A DNA stretch of 64,000 nt from an uncultured Spirochaetota bacterium (GCA_963783575.1 CAWAOD010000014.1:416001-480000), one strand, 5' to 3'. Counted from the stretch's first letter, positions 1 to 10,810 are shown. Notes: generated by a model from the sequence alone, not told the origin. Made by a program: numbers and translations.

Positions 1-113
1 ACTTAATGCGAATCAGAGATAAGTAGTTTAATTAGTGGCAAATAATGTATAAATATTTAATATGTAGCACCTGAGTAGATACTAAAATTTTTACCATTAA
101 TTAACAGAGGAGA

Positions 114-1235
114 TTGCTAATGGATAGTGAAAAAATAACCCGCGTTCCTTATGAAATACTGGAAAATTTCATGAAGGATGTTTTTATAGGCGTCGGTGTC
201 CCGGAAAAAGACGCTGAAATTTGCGCTGAAATATTGATAACATCAGATAAACGCGGTATCGACTCGCATGGAATCGGGAGACTCAAGCAATTCTATATTG
301 ACAGGATTAAAATCGGGCAGATAAACCCTGTGACTAATATCGAAATAGTAAAAGAAAGTCCCACGACAGCTGTTGTTAATGGTAATAACGGAATGGGTTT
401 GGTAATCGGTAAAAAATCCATGCAGATTGCAATAGACAAAGCAAAAAAATATGGTATGGGCATGGTTGCGGTTAAAAATTCTAATCATTACGGAATAGCC
501 GGTTATTATGCTTTAATGGCAGCCGGGAGCGGTATGATTGGAATTACAGGGACAAACACCAGGCCCGGAGTGGCCCCTACTTTCGGAGTTGAAAATATGC
601 TAGGGACAAATCCGCTTACATTCGGAATGCCGACTGACGAAGAATTCCCTTTTATCCTTGACTGCGCAACTTCTTTGATACAGAGAGGAAAGGTCGAAGT
701 ATACGCTCGTACCGGTAAAATTATGCCGGAAGGATGGGTAATCGGACATGATGGTAAAAGTAAAACTGACCCTGTCAGCGTTCTTGAGGAACTGGTCAAT
801 GGAAATGCAGCAATGACTCCATTGGGCGGTATCGGAGAAGAAGGAGCCGGTCACAAAGGTTACGGATATGCGACAGTTGTTGAGATTCTTTCATCAGCAC
901 TACAGGGCGGATTATTCTTAAAATCGTTGAACGGTTTTGAAAATGGAGTTAGAGTGCCGTACCGGCTGGGACATTTTTTTATTGCGATTGATATATCCGT
1001 ATTTACCGAATTGGATAATTTTAAAAAAACAACCGGGGATATATTGAGACAACTCAGGGCATCGCGTAAAGCGCCGGGCGCCGATAGAATATATACTGCG
1101 GGGGAAAAAGAATACATTATCTGGCTGGAAAGAAAAGATAAGGGAATACCTCTTGATGATGCCGAAAAGAAAGAAATTGTTCAACTTCAAAAAGAATATA
1201 AACTTGATAAATATAATTTCAATTTTAAATTATGA
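114..1235 (+). CDS. Ldh_2 (type 2 malate/L-lactate dehydrogenase) family oxidoreductase
   Basis: Motifs RGIDSHG, NSNHYG, LGTNPL, DCATS and GHKGYG are typical of Ldh_2/AllD/ComC. GAGGAG RBS at 107-112; the true start may be the ATG at 120. Confidence 0.9.
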   Translation: MLMDSEKITRVPYEILENFMKDVFIGVGVPEKDAEICAEILITSDKRGIDSHGIGRLKQFYIDRIKIGQINPVTNIEIVKESPTTAVVNGNNGMGLVIGKKSMQIAIDKAKKYGMGMVAVKNSNHYGIAGYYALMAAGSGMIGITGTNTRPGVAPTFGVENMLGTNPLTFGMPTDEEFPFILDCATSLIQRGKVEVYARTGKIMPEGWVIGHDGKSKTDPVSVLEELVNGNAAMTPLGGIGEEGAGHKGYGYATVVEILSSALQGGLFLKSLNGFENGVRVPYRLGHFFIAIDISVFTELDNFKKTTGDILRQLRASRKAPGADRIYTAGEKEYIIWLERKDKGIPLDDAEKKEIVQLQKEYKLDKYNFNFKL

Positions 1236-1243
1236 GGTAAGAT

Positions 1244-2539
1244 TTGAAAAAGAATAAAATTGATATGATTGAAGAAGCATTAAGATATCATTCTGAACCT
1301 ACGCCAGGTAAAATTTCAGTTAATCCTACAAAGTCCTGCAGAACAGCCGGGGATCTTTCTCTCGCATATACTCCTGGAGTTGCCCACCCGGTTCTAGAAA
1401 TTGAAAAGGACCCGGAAAATGCTTACCTTTACACAAGCAAAGGCAACCTTGTCGCTGTAATTTCAAATGGAACTGCAATTCTGGGACTCGGAGACAGGGG
1501 CGCATTATCCGGCAAGCCGGTTATGGAGGGCAAAGGCGTCCTTTTCAAAAGATTTGCTGACATCGATGTTTTCGATATTGAGATTGATTCGAAGGACCCG
1601 AAAAAAATAATAGAAGTTGTCAAATTGATTGAGCCTACTTTCGGAGGCATTAATCTTGAAGATATCAAAGGGCCGGAATGTTTTGAGATTGAAGAAGAAT
1701 TGAAAAAAATCTGTAATATCCCGGTTTTTCATGATGATCAGCACGGAACAGCGATTATTTCAGCCGCAGGACTTCTCAATGCCCTGGAGATCACAGGCAA
1801 GAAAATTGATACCGTAAGGGTTGTTTTTAACGGTGCCGGAGCAGCGGGCATAGCATGCGCAAAACTATTTGTAAAACTAGGTGTCGGATTGGAAAACATT
1901 TTAATGTGCGATACAAAAGGAGTTATCTATCGCGGCAGAGGAGACGGAATGAACCGGTACAAGGCCGAATTCTCAGCAGAAACAAAAGCCAGAACCCTTG
2001 ACGATGCAATGGTTGGCGCGGATGTGTTTGTTGGAGTATCATCGAAAGATTGCATAACCCCAAAGATGCTTTTATCAATGAATAAAAATCCGATTGTTTT
2101 TGCAATGGCCAATCCCGATCCTGAAATTACATACGAACTCGCAGTCCTGACAAGAAAGGATATAATTATGGCAACCGGCCGGTCCGATTATCCAAACCAG
2201 ATAAACAACGTTCTGGGATTTCCTTTTATTTTCAGAGGAGCTTTAGATGTGAGGGCCAGACAGATTACCGAGGGCATGAAAATCGCCGCAGCAAGAGCAT
2301 TGGCCGATTTAGCGAAAATTGAAGTGCCTGATATTGTAAAAAAAGCTTATAATAATAAAAATTTTTCATTCGGACACGATTACATTGTTCCAAAACCATT
2401 TGACCCCAGAGTAATAGAATGGGAATCCGTAGCAGTTGCAAAAGCCGCATGTGAAGAGGGTGTCGCTTTAAAACCAATTCAAAACTGGGATAATTATAGA
2501 ACCAGTTTAAGAAAAAGAATGGCAAAAAATCAATGCTGA
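1244..2539 (+). CDS. NAD(P)-dependent malic enzyme (MaeB-type malic domain, no PTA fusion)
   Basis: [63 protein letters not shown]. Confidence 0.95.
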   Translation: MKKNKIDMIEEALRYHSEPTPGKISVNPTKSCRTAGDLSLAYTPGVAHPVLEIEKDPENAYLYTSKGNLVAVISNGTAILGLGDRGALSGKPVMEGKGVLFKRFADIDVFDIEIDSKDPKKIIEVVKLIEPTFGGINLEDIKGPECFEIEEELKKICNIPVFHDDQHGTAIISAAGLLNALEITGKKIDTVRVVFNGAGAAGIACAKLFVKLGVGLENILMCDTKGVIYRGRGDGMNRYKAEFSAETKARTLDDAMVGADVFVGVSSKDCITPKMLLSMNKNPIVFAMANPDPEITYELAVLTRKDIIMATGRSDYPNQINNVLGFPFIFRGALDVRARQITEGMKIAAARALADLAKIEVPDIVKKAYNNKNFSFGHDYIVPKPFDPRVIEWESVAVAKAACEEGVALKPIQNWDNYRTSLRKRMAKNQC

Positions 2540-2554
2540 AAAAAATTCATCACT

Positions 2555-4144
2555 CTATTTAGCAGATTTTACAAGTATACTTCCTATCCCCAGCTTTTCC
2601 AGCTTTCGTTTAACCTCAACGGCAGTTTCAAGATGATCATATTTACCTACCCGTATTCTGGTAAATTTTTTCTTATTAACAATTATTTCCATCTGGAATA
2701 CTTCAAAACCTGATTTTCTTAATTTGTTATAGAGTGAAAAGGCATTTTTATTATTGGTAAATGCTCCTGTCTGGATACAATAAGCATAAGAACCCGGCAG
2801 CGAAGGCATATTTACAGTGTTTGCCTGCACATTAGTTACATAATTAGTAATAAAATTGGTTAATGATATCTGCACATAATTCGTTAGCGCAACATTATTG
2901 GTAACATAATTTGATATTACAAATACGGCAGGGTTTATTGATTCAGATTGTATTTGCATTTCGGATGACGCATTGACATTCGATACAGAACTTATATTTG
3001 TAAATACATTTGAAATAATATTTGTATTGGTTTTTAATTGAGGGATTAAAACGGCATAGCTCTGCCCGCTAAGGGAATTACCTGAATATATACCTCTTGA
3101 GCCAGTGTCTATGCAATATAATTTACCATCATCACTTCCGAAATAGGCTTTTCCATCGGCTATGCAAGGGCTGGATTCTATATTATTTCTGGTCCCGTAT
3201 TCCCAGACTTCCTTTCCGGTGTCAATATCTACACAATAAAATTTCTTATCATGGCTCCCAAAATAAACTTTACCATCAGCTACACTAGGAGAAGACTGGA
3301 TGTCTCCGCCGGTTTTAAATTCCCATAATTTCTCCCCGCTCTCTTCATCCAGACAATATAGTTTGTCATCATAACTTCCCAAAAAAACTTTTCCGTTAGT
3401 AACAAATGGACTTGAAACAATAATGTCGCCGGTTTTAAATTCCCATTTTTTTGTGCCGTCATTAGCATTCAGGCAGTATAAATTCCTGTCCTTGCTACCA
3501 AAATAAACATAATTGCCATTCCCAGATGCTGTCGATTGAATTTCACCGTTCGCCTGAAATTCCCAGCTTTTGATACCGCTTAATGCATCCAGGCAATAAA
3601 ATTTTTTGTCAGAATTTCCGATATAAACCTTTCCATTCATAATAAATGGACTTGAACGGATAATCCCTTTTGTATCAAAAACCCAGCTGTTAGTAGAAAT
3701 TTCATCATAACAGTAAATTTTCTTATCCCCGCTTCCGAAGTAGATTTTACTATTCCATTCATGAGGACTTGATTCAATTTCACCCTGGGTTTTTAGTTCA
3801 AGAGACTTTTCACCAATCAGTGTGTCCAGAATTATGAATTTTTTATTTTTATTTCCGCCAATATATAATTTATCATTTGCTACATAAGGGCTTGACAGGA
3901 TCTTATTCCCCGAATCTTCAGTCTTATAACTCCAGAGCGCTTTTCCATTTGTTGCATCAAGGCGGAATATTTGATTTGCCGAATTTCCAAAGTAAACTGA
4001 ATTGTCAGCAACACAAGGACTAGATATAATAGAATTACCAGTATCAAAACTCCAGATTAAATTGCCCGGTTTTCCGGGATCTTCTGAATATAACAATCCG
4101 GAAAATAATAAACAAAACAATAAAATTAAACCGGATATTCTCAT
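2555..4144 (-). CDS. Secreted PQQ-like/BamB-type beta-propeller protein with C-terminal SPOR domain
   Basis: Signal peptide. About 8 repeats of ~40 aa (W-x-F-x-T...I-x-SSP...VYFGS-x-D-x-x-LYCLD-x-x-x-G). Asn/Thr-rich linker. C-terminal IQTGAF..KNA..L..KL..SGF....RIRVG SPOR pattern. Confidence 0.85.
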   Translation of the reverse strand: MRISGLILLFCLLFSGLLYSEDPGKPGNLIWSFDTGNSIISSPCVADNSVYFGNSANQIFRLDATNGKALWSYKTEDSGNKILSSPYVANDKLYIGGNKNKKFIILDTLIGEKSLELKTQGEIESSPHEWNSKIYFGSGDKKIYCYDEISTNSWVFDTKGIIRSSPFIMNGKVYIGNSDKKFYCLDALSGIKSWEFQANGEIQSTASGNGNYVYFGSKDRNLYCLNANDGTKKWEFKTGDIIVSSPFVTNGKVFLGSYDDKLYCLDEESGEKLWEFKTGGDIQSSPSVADGKVYFGSHDKKFYCVDIDTGKEVWEYGTRNNIESSPCIADGKAYFGSDDGKLYCIDTGSRGIYSGNSLSGQSYAVLIPQLKTNTNIISNVFTNISSVSNVNASSEMQIQSESINPAVFVISNYVTNNVALTNYVQISLTNFITNYVTNVQANTVNMPSLPGSYAYCIQTGAFTNNKNAFSLYNKLRKSGFEVFQMEIIVNKKKFTRIRVGKYDHLETAVEVKRKLEKLGIGSILVKSAK

Positions 4145-4320
4145 AAAAACCTCTTCTTAATAAATCTTTATAGTTAAATACTATCATATTATAATCTATT
4201 AAGGTAAAACTCATAATTTAAAATATAAATTTGCTTTTATAAAAACTCATTATAAAAAGTGCCAATTTAAATATTGGTGAAGTTTTTGCCTTTCTTCAAT
4301 ATGTACTTGCAAAAGCTTAA

Positions 4321-4373
4321 GGGCAGTTCCGAGCTTATAAAAAGACTTGTTTTATGAGATTTTGGAACTGCCC
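4321..4373. repeat. GC-rich inverted repeat (hairpin or MITE-like remnant)
   Basis: GGGCAGTTCC (4321-4330) and GGAACTGCCC (4364-4373) form a perfect 10-bp IR in AT-rich intergenic DNA. Confidence 0.6.
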
Positions 4374-4474
4374 ATATATCATAACAAATAAAAATAAATT
4401 GTCAATTTTCAAACTTTTAATTATAAAATTATATCTCAATATCGGCAATGATATTAAATAAATAAAATAAGCAT

Positions 4475-5482
4475 TTATTTCCAGTTTACATTATATTTTC
4501 CAAAAGATATCGTTATTCTTCCAAAAAAACCGGAATATTCTTCCCTGGAATAATTATCAGAAGTAGCAGCAGGAAGATATAGCCACCCAAAAGATAAAGA
4601 CAATCCGTTAAACATTATTTTTACTCCAATATTAAGATATGAATATTGAGGTAATAAAAATCCCCAATCGCTATAAAGATAAATATCTTTTCTATTATAA
4701 GCGTATTTATCGGGAAATATATATATTGGTATTAATAATTGAAGCGGAAGAACTGTTCCGGCGTTTGGTCCAAGAATATCAAAAGCCTCGGTGGAAATAC
4801 CGAAACCAAATGGAAGATTCGGAAACATCCATACAATGCCGTATTGAAAAAAGTCAAAACCGAAAGCAAGTGGAAAATCAAATAGGTATCCATAAGGATA
4901 ACTCATTGGTACATTTATTATATTAATTATTTCGGCTCCGGTAGGAATTAAATTTTTATTTATTTTATTCATTCTGCCATGAATTTTTTTATAATCACTT
5001 ATTTCCCTGTAAATCATAACCTTTCGGCCATTTAGTTTTTTCATAATCCGGTCTGCCAATATTTTAATGCAATCCTTCAAACCCTCCCTGGACCATAAGT
5101 CATAGGTATATACTTCATCCTCCAAAATCTTATCTGGATTAATTATATCCGAGAATTTGATATATATTGTATATTTTTCCTCATAATATGATACAGAACC
5201 GGTGAGAAAAAAATCAGGTTTAGACTCAATTATACCTGATGGGCTTAAATCAATCCGTAATAGATTATTATTTTGAAAATCGACAATCATTTCATTTGTA
5301 ACAAAATTATATGTATCCTGGTCTAATTCTCCCGAGATTTCAATTGAATTCAATATATATCCTGCATGATCCAAAGAAAATGATAGCCGGAAAGCAAAAA
5401 TAATTATTAGTGAATAAATAAGCCTTAACATAATCAATAATTTCCCTGATTCTGAATAAACCATCTTTACATAACCGATCAC
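4475..5482 (-). CDS. Hypothetical exported/outer-membrane-like protein
   Basis: 335-aa ORF with a hydrophobic N-terminal segment and an aromatic/Gly-rich alternating C-terminal half. Start codon uncertain. Confidence 0.6.
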   Translation of the reverse strand: MIGYVKMVYSESGKLLIMLRLIYSLIIIFAFRLSFSLDHAGYILNSIEISGELDQDTYNFVTNEMIVDFQNNNLLRIDLSPSGIIESKPDFFLTGSVSYYEEKYTIYIKFSDIINPDKILEDEVYTYDLWSREGLKDCIKILADRIMKKLNGRKVMIYREISDYKKIHGRMNKINKNLIPTGAEIINIINVPMSYPYGYLFDFPLAFGFDFFQYGIVWMFPNLPFGFGISTEAFDILGPNAGTVLPLQLLIPIYIFPDKYAYNRKDIYLYSDWGFLLPQYSYLNIGVKIMFNGLSLSFGWLYLPAATSDNYSREEYSGFFGRITISFGKYNVNWK

Positions 5483-5508
5483 AGCTTGTATAGAGTTAGT
5501 TTATTTGA

Positions 5509-5536
5509 TTATCGATAAAAAGTTATACATTGTTTA
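5509..5536 (-). promoter_or_regulatory. Candidate sigma28 (FliA/SigD)-type promoter
   Basis: Minus strand TAAA-N16-ATCGATAA, compared with consensus TAAA-N15/16-GCCGATAA. Confidence 0.3.
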
Positions 5537-5580
5537 AATATTTTATAAATCTGGTTTTAATGAATGGTATATCAGTGTTT

Positions 5581-6033
5581 TTATTTTGAAGAATCATCCA
5601 ATGCTTTTTTGAATTTAGGATTTTTTTCCAGAAATGTGTTTATTTCATCATAGTGGTTTTCACTGTACTTTGTAAAATCATCCTCAGTTAAACCATAATT
5701 ATGATAAAATTCCCGCCTTTTTTTTGCCAGTAAAGTCTCAGGGTCTTCACTGGAATTGGTATTTTTATTAACCTCATCAAGCCAATTTTTCTGATCATAT
5801 AAAAATAATATCCATATCTGAACAAACTTTGACGGGCTGTCCAATTGAACTTTATCACCTTTCTTAAGTGTTATCATATTGGTATCAATTGTAATTATAT
5901 CAGTTGCAGTATTATTTGTGCCTGCATTTGAAGAAATCTGCTTTTTTGTACAAGCATTAAATACTACTATACAAACTAAAATAAACAAGTAAATTGAAAA
6001 TACCTTTACAACTGCAAATTTACTTTTCAACAT
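5581..6033 (-). CDS. Hypothetical lipoprotein
   Basis: Hydrophobic signal ending VFNA-C, followed by a charged soluble domain. Confidence 0.65.
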   Translation of the reverse strand: MLKSKFAVVKVFSIYLFILVCIVVFNACTKKQISSNAGTNNTATDIITIDTNMITLKKGDKVQLDSPSKFVQIWILFLYDQKNWLDEVNKNTNSSEDPETLLAKKRREFYHNYGLTEDDFTKYSENHYDEINTFLEKNPKFKKALDDSSK

Positions 6034-6281
6034 CTACCTTCTATACAAATATAAACAATAATATATTTTATAAATCATTATAAAAAAAAGCAAGTGAAAG
6101 CATTATTTTAAACTTGTAAAAGTTTAATATCAAAGTATAAAATTATTTCCAAATTATACTCAAATTTTATTATAAATAATAAAAAAGAAAATAGGATAAT
6201 TCTTTTATATAGTAAATTTGAAAAAAGTTTCTGTCAGTAGTTATAATATATATTCAAGAATTTATGCTTTAGGAGTCAATA

Positions 6282-7370
6282 ATGATTAAAAATGAGAAGC
6301 AGTCATTAGGTGAATTTTTCAGAGAAACAAGAAAAGATAAAGGCATTTCGATAGATGAAATTGTTAGGGATACCAATATCCCTAAAAGATACCTGGAATC
6401 AATCGAATCAGATAGTTTTGATGTTTTTCCAGGTGAAACTTACGCGATCGGCTTTGTTACAAACTATGCCGATGCACTGGAAGTCGATAGAGATTTGGTA
6501 ATTTCCCTGTACAAAAGGCAAATGAAAATCGAGCAGGATTCTCCAATTGAACAGCTTGTAGGTAAAAAAAAGCAATTTATACCGAATATGAATATGCTTA
6601 TTATTGTTGGCGTTATTATTATCTCTTTTATTTTTATTTTATTAATTTCATATATTATTAATAGAAATTCACCGAGATCAAATGAGACAGAAAATTCAAA
6701 CCCAAGAATTTATACATATACTTTTGATGACATCAATAAAATTTCAAACCAAAAATTCAAAATTGGAGACTCTATAACAATAAGCAATGAATCAAAATCG
6801 ATCTCACTTAGTTTTATCTCCGTTAATGCTTCACATTCCCTTTTGATGAAGATTAACAGCCTTGATTACAATATGAAAAGCGGCGATTTATTGAGCATAG
6901 ACAGCGACCGTAACGGAACGAATGATCTCGGTATTGAGCTTTTTTCCGCAAAGGAAAAAGATATTAAATTATCCATTACTTTAATGAAAGAAAATTTCGA
7001 TTCAAATTCGATGTCAATTCAGGATGATCTATATAATAAATATAGAGAATATATTCTTTCAGAAGACGATTTATTTACCAGTAAAACCAGAACTAATATA
7101 GATTTGAAAATTGTTATGTCTGGAAACTCATGGATAAGCTATATTCCGGACAACAAAGAAGAAAAGGAAATGAATCTTAATAACGGAAGTACTATAACAA
7201 TAAATTTTATCAATAATTTGGTTCTATATCTGGGAAACAGCGGCGCCGCAAAAATAATTGTCGGGAATAAGGAAGAGGACGGCGGAGGCTGGGGAGAGGT
7301 AAATAAATCCTTAATATATTGGAAAACTAAAAACGGTCAGTTTACTCTTGTCCGGGGCATATTGAAGTGA
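6282..7370 (+). CDS. rodZ: RodZ-like protein (HTH_25, TM, C-terminal DUF4115-like domain)
   Basis: N-terminal LGEFFRETRKDKGISIDEI...YLESIE...FPGETYAIGFVTNYA HTH, one TM helix, and position upstream of rimO-pgsA. Confidence 0.8.
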   Translation: MIKNEKQSLGEFFRETRKDKGISIDEIVRDTNIPKRYLESIESDSFDVFPGETYAIGFVTNYADALEVDRDLVISLYKRQMKIEQDSPIEQLVGKKKQFIPNMNMLIIVGVIIISFIFILLISYIINRNSPRSNETENSNPRIYTYTFDDINKISNQKFKIGDSITISNESKSISLSFISVNASHSLLMKINSLDYNMKSGDLLSIDSDRNGTNDLGIELFSAKEKDIKLSITLMKENFDSNSMSIQDDLYNKYREYILSEDDLFTSKTRTNIDLKIVMSGNSWISYIPDNKEEKEMNLNNGSTITINFINNLVLYLGNSGAAKIIVGNKEEDGGGWGEVNKSLIYWKTKNGQFTLVRGILK

Positions 7371-7383
7371 GGTTTTATAGTAA

Positions 7384-8736
7384 GTGAAAATTTATTTTGA
7401 TGCTCTGGGTTGTCCGAAAGCTCTGGTGGATGCGGAAAGAATGAATTATTTCCTTGAAAAAGAAAGTCATGAATTGATACTTAATCCCGAAGAAGCAGAA
7501 GTTATAATTATTAACACATGTGGTTTTATAGAAAAAGCTAAAAAAGAGAGTATTAATGCGATTTTAAGCTATATTCGCCTGAAAAAAAACAATCCCGAAT
7601 TAAAAATAATCATATCAGGATGCCTAACAGAACGTTATAAAAAAGAATTGCTTGAAGCCCTTCCGGAAGTTGATAATGCGATAGGTGTTAGGAATATTGC
7701 TAAAATAACTGATGCACTTGATTTTTCTAAAAATAATAATAACCGAATTACAGATGATGGTGACTTCAGGAATGAAGATTATACTATACAGAGGAGCTTG
7801 AAGTATTCGGGTCTGTATTATGCATATATAAAAATAGCCGAAGGATGTAACAGGAATTGCTCATTCTGTACGATTCCAAATATCCGCGGTAAGTATAGAA
7901 GCAGGACAATTGAAAATATACTGAGTGAGGCTGAATTTTTAATAAATCAGGGAATCAGGGAATTGATACTTGTCTCAGAAGATAACTTATACTATGGAAC
8001 TGATATTTATGGAAGAAAAGCTTTAAAGAATCTTTTGGAATCATTAATTCCATTAGGTTTCGATTGGATAAGGATCATGTATCTTTATCCGGAGGAAGAA
8101 ATTCTGGATATTGCTGAACTGATGAACCGGACTGCCTGTATTTGTAATTATATCGATATTCCGCTGCAGCATGCAAGTAAAAATATTCTTAATTCAATGC
8201 ATAGAACCGGTAGTTTTGAGAATTATATAAAACTTTTTTCAAAAATGAGGGAAATTAATCCGGATATTAAGATAAGGACTTCATTTATATTAGGTTATCC
8301 TGGAGAAACTGAAAGTGATTTTGAAATATTGAAAAATTTAATTAAGGAAGTTCAGTTTGACAGGATTGGATTTTTTGAATATTCAAGAGAAGAAGGAACA
8401 GTTTCTTACAATTTAAAAAATAGGATAAATAAAAGAATTGTTAAAGAAAGAATAAATGAACTCTCGCATATTCAGGAGGGTATTTCCATTATAAATTTAA
8501 AGAAACTTATCGGTAAAACATTAACTTGCATTAATGACGGGATAGAGCATAAAATACATAATAAAATGTTTGCCGCTTTAAGGAGCGAATATGACGCACC
8601 TGAGATAGATGGAAATGTATATATTGAATTATCTTCAAGGAATAAAAATTTGATTTTTAATAAAGAATTTGTTAAAGTTAAAATTGAGGGTAATTTCAGC
8701 TATCATGATTTATCAGGTTCCATAGTAATTGATTGA
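7384..8736 (+). CDS. rimO: Ribosomal protein S12 methylthiotransferase RimO
   Basis: LGCPKALVD, INTCGFI, IAEGCNRNCSFC radical SAM motif, DAPEIDG in the TRAM region. Confidence 0.93.
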   Translation: MKIYFDALGCPKALVDAERMNYFLEKESHELILNPEEAEVIIINTCGFIEKAKKESINAILSYIRLKKNNPELKIIISGCLTERYKKELLEALPEVDNAIGVRNIAKITDALDFSKNNNNRITDDGDFRNEDYTIQRSLKYSGLYYAYIKIAEGCNRNCSFCTIPNIRGKYRSRTIENILSEAEFLINQGIRELILVSEDNLYYGTDIYGRKALKNLLESLIPLGFDWIRIMYLYPEEEILDIAELMNRTACICNYIDIPLQHASKNILNSMHRTGSFENYIKLFSKMREINPDIKIRTSFILGYPGETESDFEILKNLIKEVQFDRIGFFEYSREEGTVSYNLKNRINKRIVKERINELSHIQEGISIINLKKLIGKTLTCINDGIEHKIHNKMFAALRSEYDAPEIDGNVYIELSSRNKNLIFNKEFVKVKIEGNFSYHDLSGSIVID

Positions 8737-8748
8737 GGTTTTAATTAG

Positions 8749-9384
8749 ATGAAATTTGTTTTAACTATACCGAATCTTCTGACTATCTTTAGAGTATTAC
8801 TAATTCCAATAATACTTTATTTTATTTTTAATGATTCGCTTTTAAATATCTTCCTGGCGCTCTCCCTATATGGAATATCAGCTCTCACCGATGCTTTTGA
8901 CGGTTTATTGGCACGAAAACTGAACCAGGCTTCTGAATTCGGTGCCTACTTTGACCCGCTAGCGGATAAGTTTTTAATATGGAGTGTTTTTACCGTTTTC
9001 AGTCTGAAAACAAGCCTTTTTATTCCATTGTGGCTGATACTATTTATCTATTTCAGAGATTTATTTATAACTTTTTTAAGATCCCATTCAAGAAAAAAAA
9101 ATATTGTATTTAAAACATCTTTTGCTGCAAAAGCAAAAACTACCGTTCAGATGATTTCGGCCGCCATAATAATGACATACATATTAATAACACAGTTCTT
9201 AAAAGTTATATATAGAATAAAATCACAGAATTATTCGGAGATCTGGCAGGCAATTATTCCTAATCTGTACTGGCTGATTATTTATATCCCGCTGATTTTA
9301 ACAATATTTGCCGTATTATTTACATTGTATACCGCAGTTGATTATCTTTTTATTTATTATAATAAGGCCGTAAAAAGTGATTAA
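8749..9384 (+). CDS. pgsA: CDP-diacylglycerol--glycerol-3-phosphate 3-phosphatidyltransferase
   Basis: IPNLLTIFR and the DAFDGLLARKLNQASEFGAYFDPLADK CDP-alcohol motif. Confidence 0.88.
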   Translation: MKFVLTIPNLLTIFRVLLIPIILYFIFNDSLLNIFLALSLYGISALTDAFDGLLARKLNQASEFGAYFDPLADKFLIWSVFTVFSLKTSLFIPLWLILFIYFRDLFITFLRSHSRKKNIVFKTSFAAKAKTTVQMISAAIIMTYILITQFLKVIYRIKSQNYSEIWQAIIPNLYWLIIYIPLILTIFAVLFTLYTAVDYLFIYYNKAVKSD

Positions 9385-9868
9385 TAATTTTAATAAAAAG
9401 TTAAATGAATTAATTGCTACGGTATTTTTTACCGGTTACTCACCTTTTATGCCTGGAACGGTCGGTACATTGGCCGGTGTTATTATATATGTCCTTTTCA
9501 GCCGTTTTTTTCCAATCTATAATATCGCTCTCATTTTGTTAATTATTATATCGGTAAGGGTTTCCGATTATGCAGAAAAAAATATTTTCAAAAGTAAAGA
9601 CTCTTCCCATATCGTAATCGATGAAGTAATAGGTTATCTTATTTCAATGATTTCATTTGAGTTTAGTGGATCAGTAGAGAGCATCAAATTCATGGTAGTA
9701 GGTTTCATCTTATTCAGAATATTTGATATCTGGAAACCTTACCCTATCAAGCAATCGCAGAAGCTGGAAGGGGGTCTTGGAGTTGTAATTGATGATCTTA
9801 TGGCGGGAATTTATACAAACCTTTTACTTCAATTCCTGAGATTTAAATTTCCTTTCTTTAATTTATAA
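9377..9868 (+). CDS. pgpA: Phosphatidylglycerophosphatase A
   Basis: PGTVGT, IVIDEVIG, FRIFDIWKPYPI, GGLGVVIDDLMAG. Confidence 0.93.
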   Translation: MINNFNKKLNELIATVFFTGYSPFMPGTVGTLAGVIIYVLFSRFFPIYNIALILLIIISVRVSDYAEKNIFKSKDSSHIVIDEVIGYLISMISFEFSGSVESIKFMVVGFILFRIFDIWKPYPIKQSQKLEGGLGVVIDDLMAGIYTNLLLQFLRFKFPFFNL

Positions 9869-9886
9869 CATTATACAAACAGTATT

Positions 9887-10642
9887 TCAGAATTGCTCAC
9901 CCGCTTTTTTTAAGCTGTCCCTAACCCTTATAAAGTTATCGCTCATTACAGTATTTGCAGGATTATCTTTTAATGCCAGCTGAAAATTTTTATAGGCCGA
10001 TTTTAAATCATGCATTGCCTCATAAGCGACGGCGAGATTATTATAGTAGAAAGACCTTACAAACGGGCCATCATCGGGACTATAAAATAAGGCAGCTTTA
10101 AATGCAGTTTCCGCCTGGTTATAATTTTGCAATTTCAGCAGGGCAAGCCCGATCCGGTTATAAATATTCGGATCATTCGGCTGTATCTTAAGGGCAAATT
10201 GATATGATATGAGAGCCTTGGATGAATCACCAAGGTATTTGTTTTCATCGCCGACAATAAGATAAAGATTAACATTTCCTCCAATATTTTGAATCGCTTT
10301 TAATGCAATTTTTAATCTATCTTTTCTTCTACCCTCATTTGTGTAAAATTTCAGCAGACGGTTATATACATCAGCATTTTTAGGGTTGGCGTCAAGCATT
10401 GCCAGTTGTCTGGCTTCATCAAAAACAACCACGGCAGGCTGTTCTTTGACTGCAGTATTTTGTTGAGGTGCGGCATTTTCTTTTTTCACCTGTTCGTTTG
10501 TTGTCGTTTTCTCATTCTGAGGAGCAGCATGAGTTTCCTCCTGGGCAGGTTCCTCGGTTGCTTCGCCTTTCTGCGCTTCATCCTGTGCGTAAGATATTGT
10601 AATCGCAAATAATATCGAAAGAATAATTGTTAAAATTTTCAT
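9887..10642 (-). CDS. Exported tetratricopeptide repeat protein
   Basis: Signal peptide, Gln/Glu/Ala-rich linker, TPR motifs (IYNRIGLALLKLQNYNQAETAFKAAL; YYNNLAVAY). Confidence 0.85.
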   Translation of the reverse strand: MKILTIILSILFAITISYAQDEAQKGEATEEPAQEETHAAPQNEKTTTNEQVKKENAAPQQNTAVKEQPAVVVFDEARQLAMLDANPKNADVYNRLLKFYTNEGRRKDRLKIALKAIQNIGGNVNLYLIVGDENKYLGDSSKALISYQFALKIQPNDPNIYNRIGLALLKLQNYNQAETAFKAALFYSPDDGPFVRSFYYNNLAVAYEAMHDLKSAYKNFQLALKDNPANTVMSDNFIRVRDSLKKAGEQF

Positions 10643-10810
10643 CTTCTTCCCCTGATAATTTTAATTTCCAAACATAAAATTTTAATTAATAAATTGAATT
10701 TTGTAAATTTATTTGATAGATTTCAATATATTATATATTATTATTCTGTAAAATATAATTAATGAGGCTGAAATTTACCGTAATAAATTAGTTTATGGGG
10801 AGCAATTATC

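Noticed and set aside
3090..4060. ~120-bp periodic repeats (e.g. CGCCGGTTTTAAATTCCCA at about 3307 and 3427) that might suggest an array
   Set aside because: They are coding repeats of the beta-propeller blades, with no repeat-spacer structure and no cas genes.
4249..4265. Possible sigma54 site TGGCAC upstream of the propeller-SPOR gene
   Set aside because: The -12 position reads ATAAT rather than TTGC.
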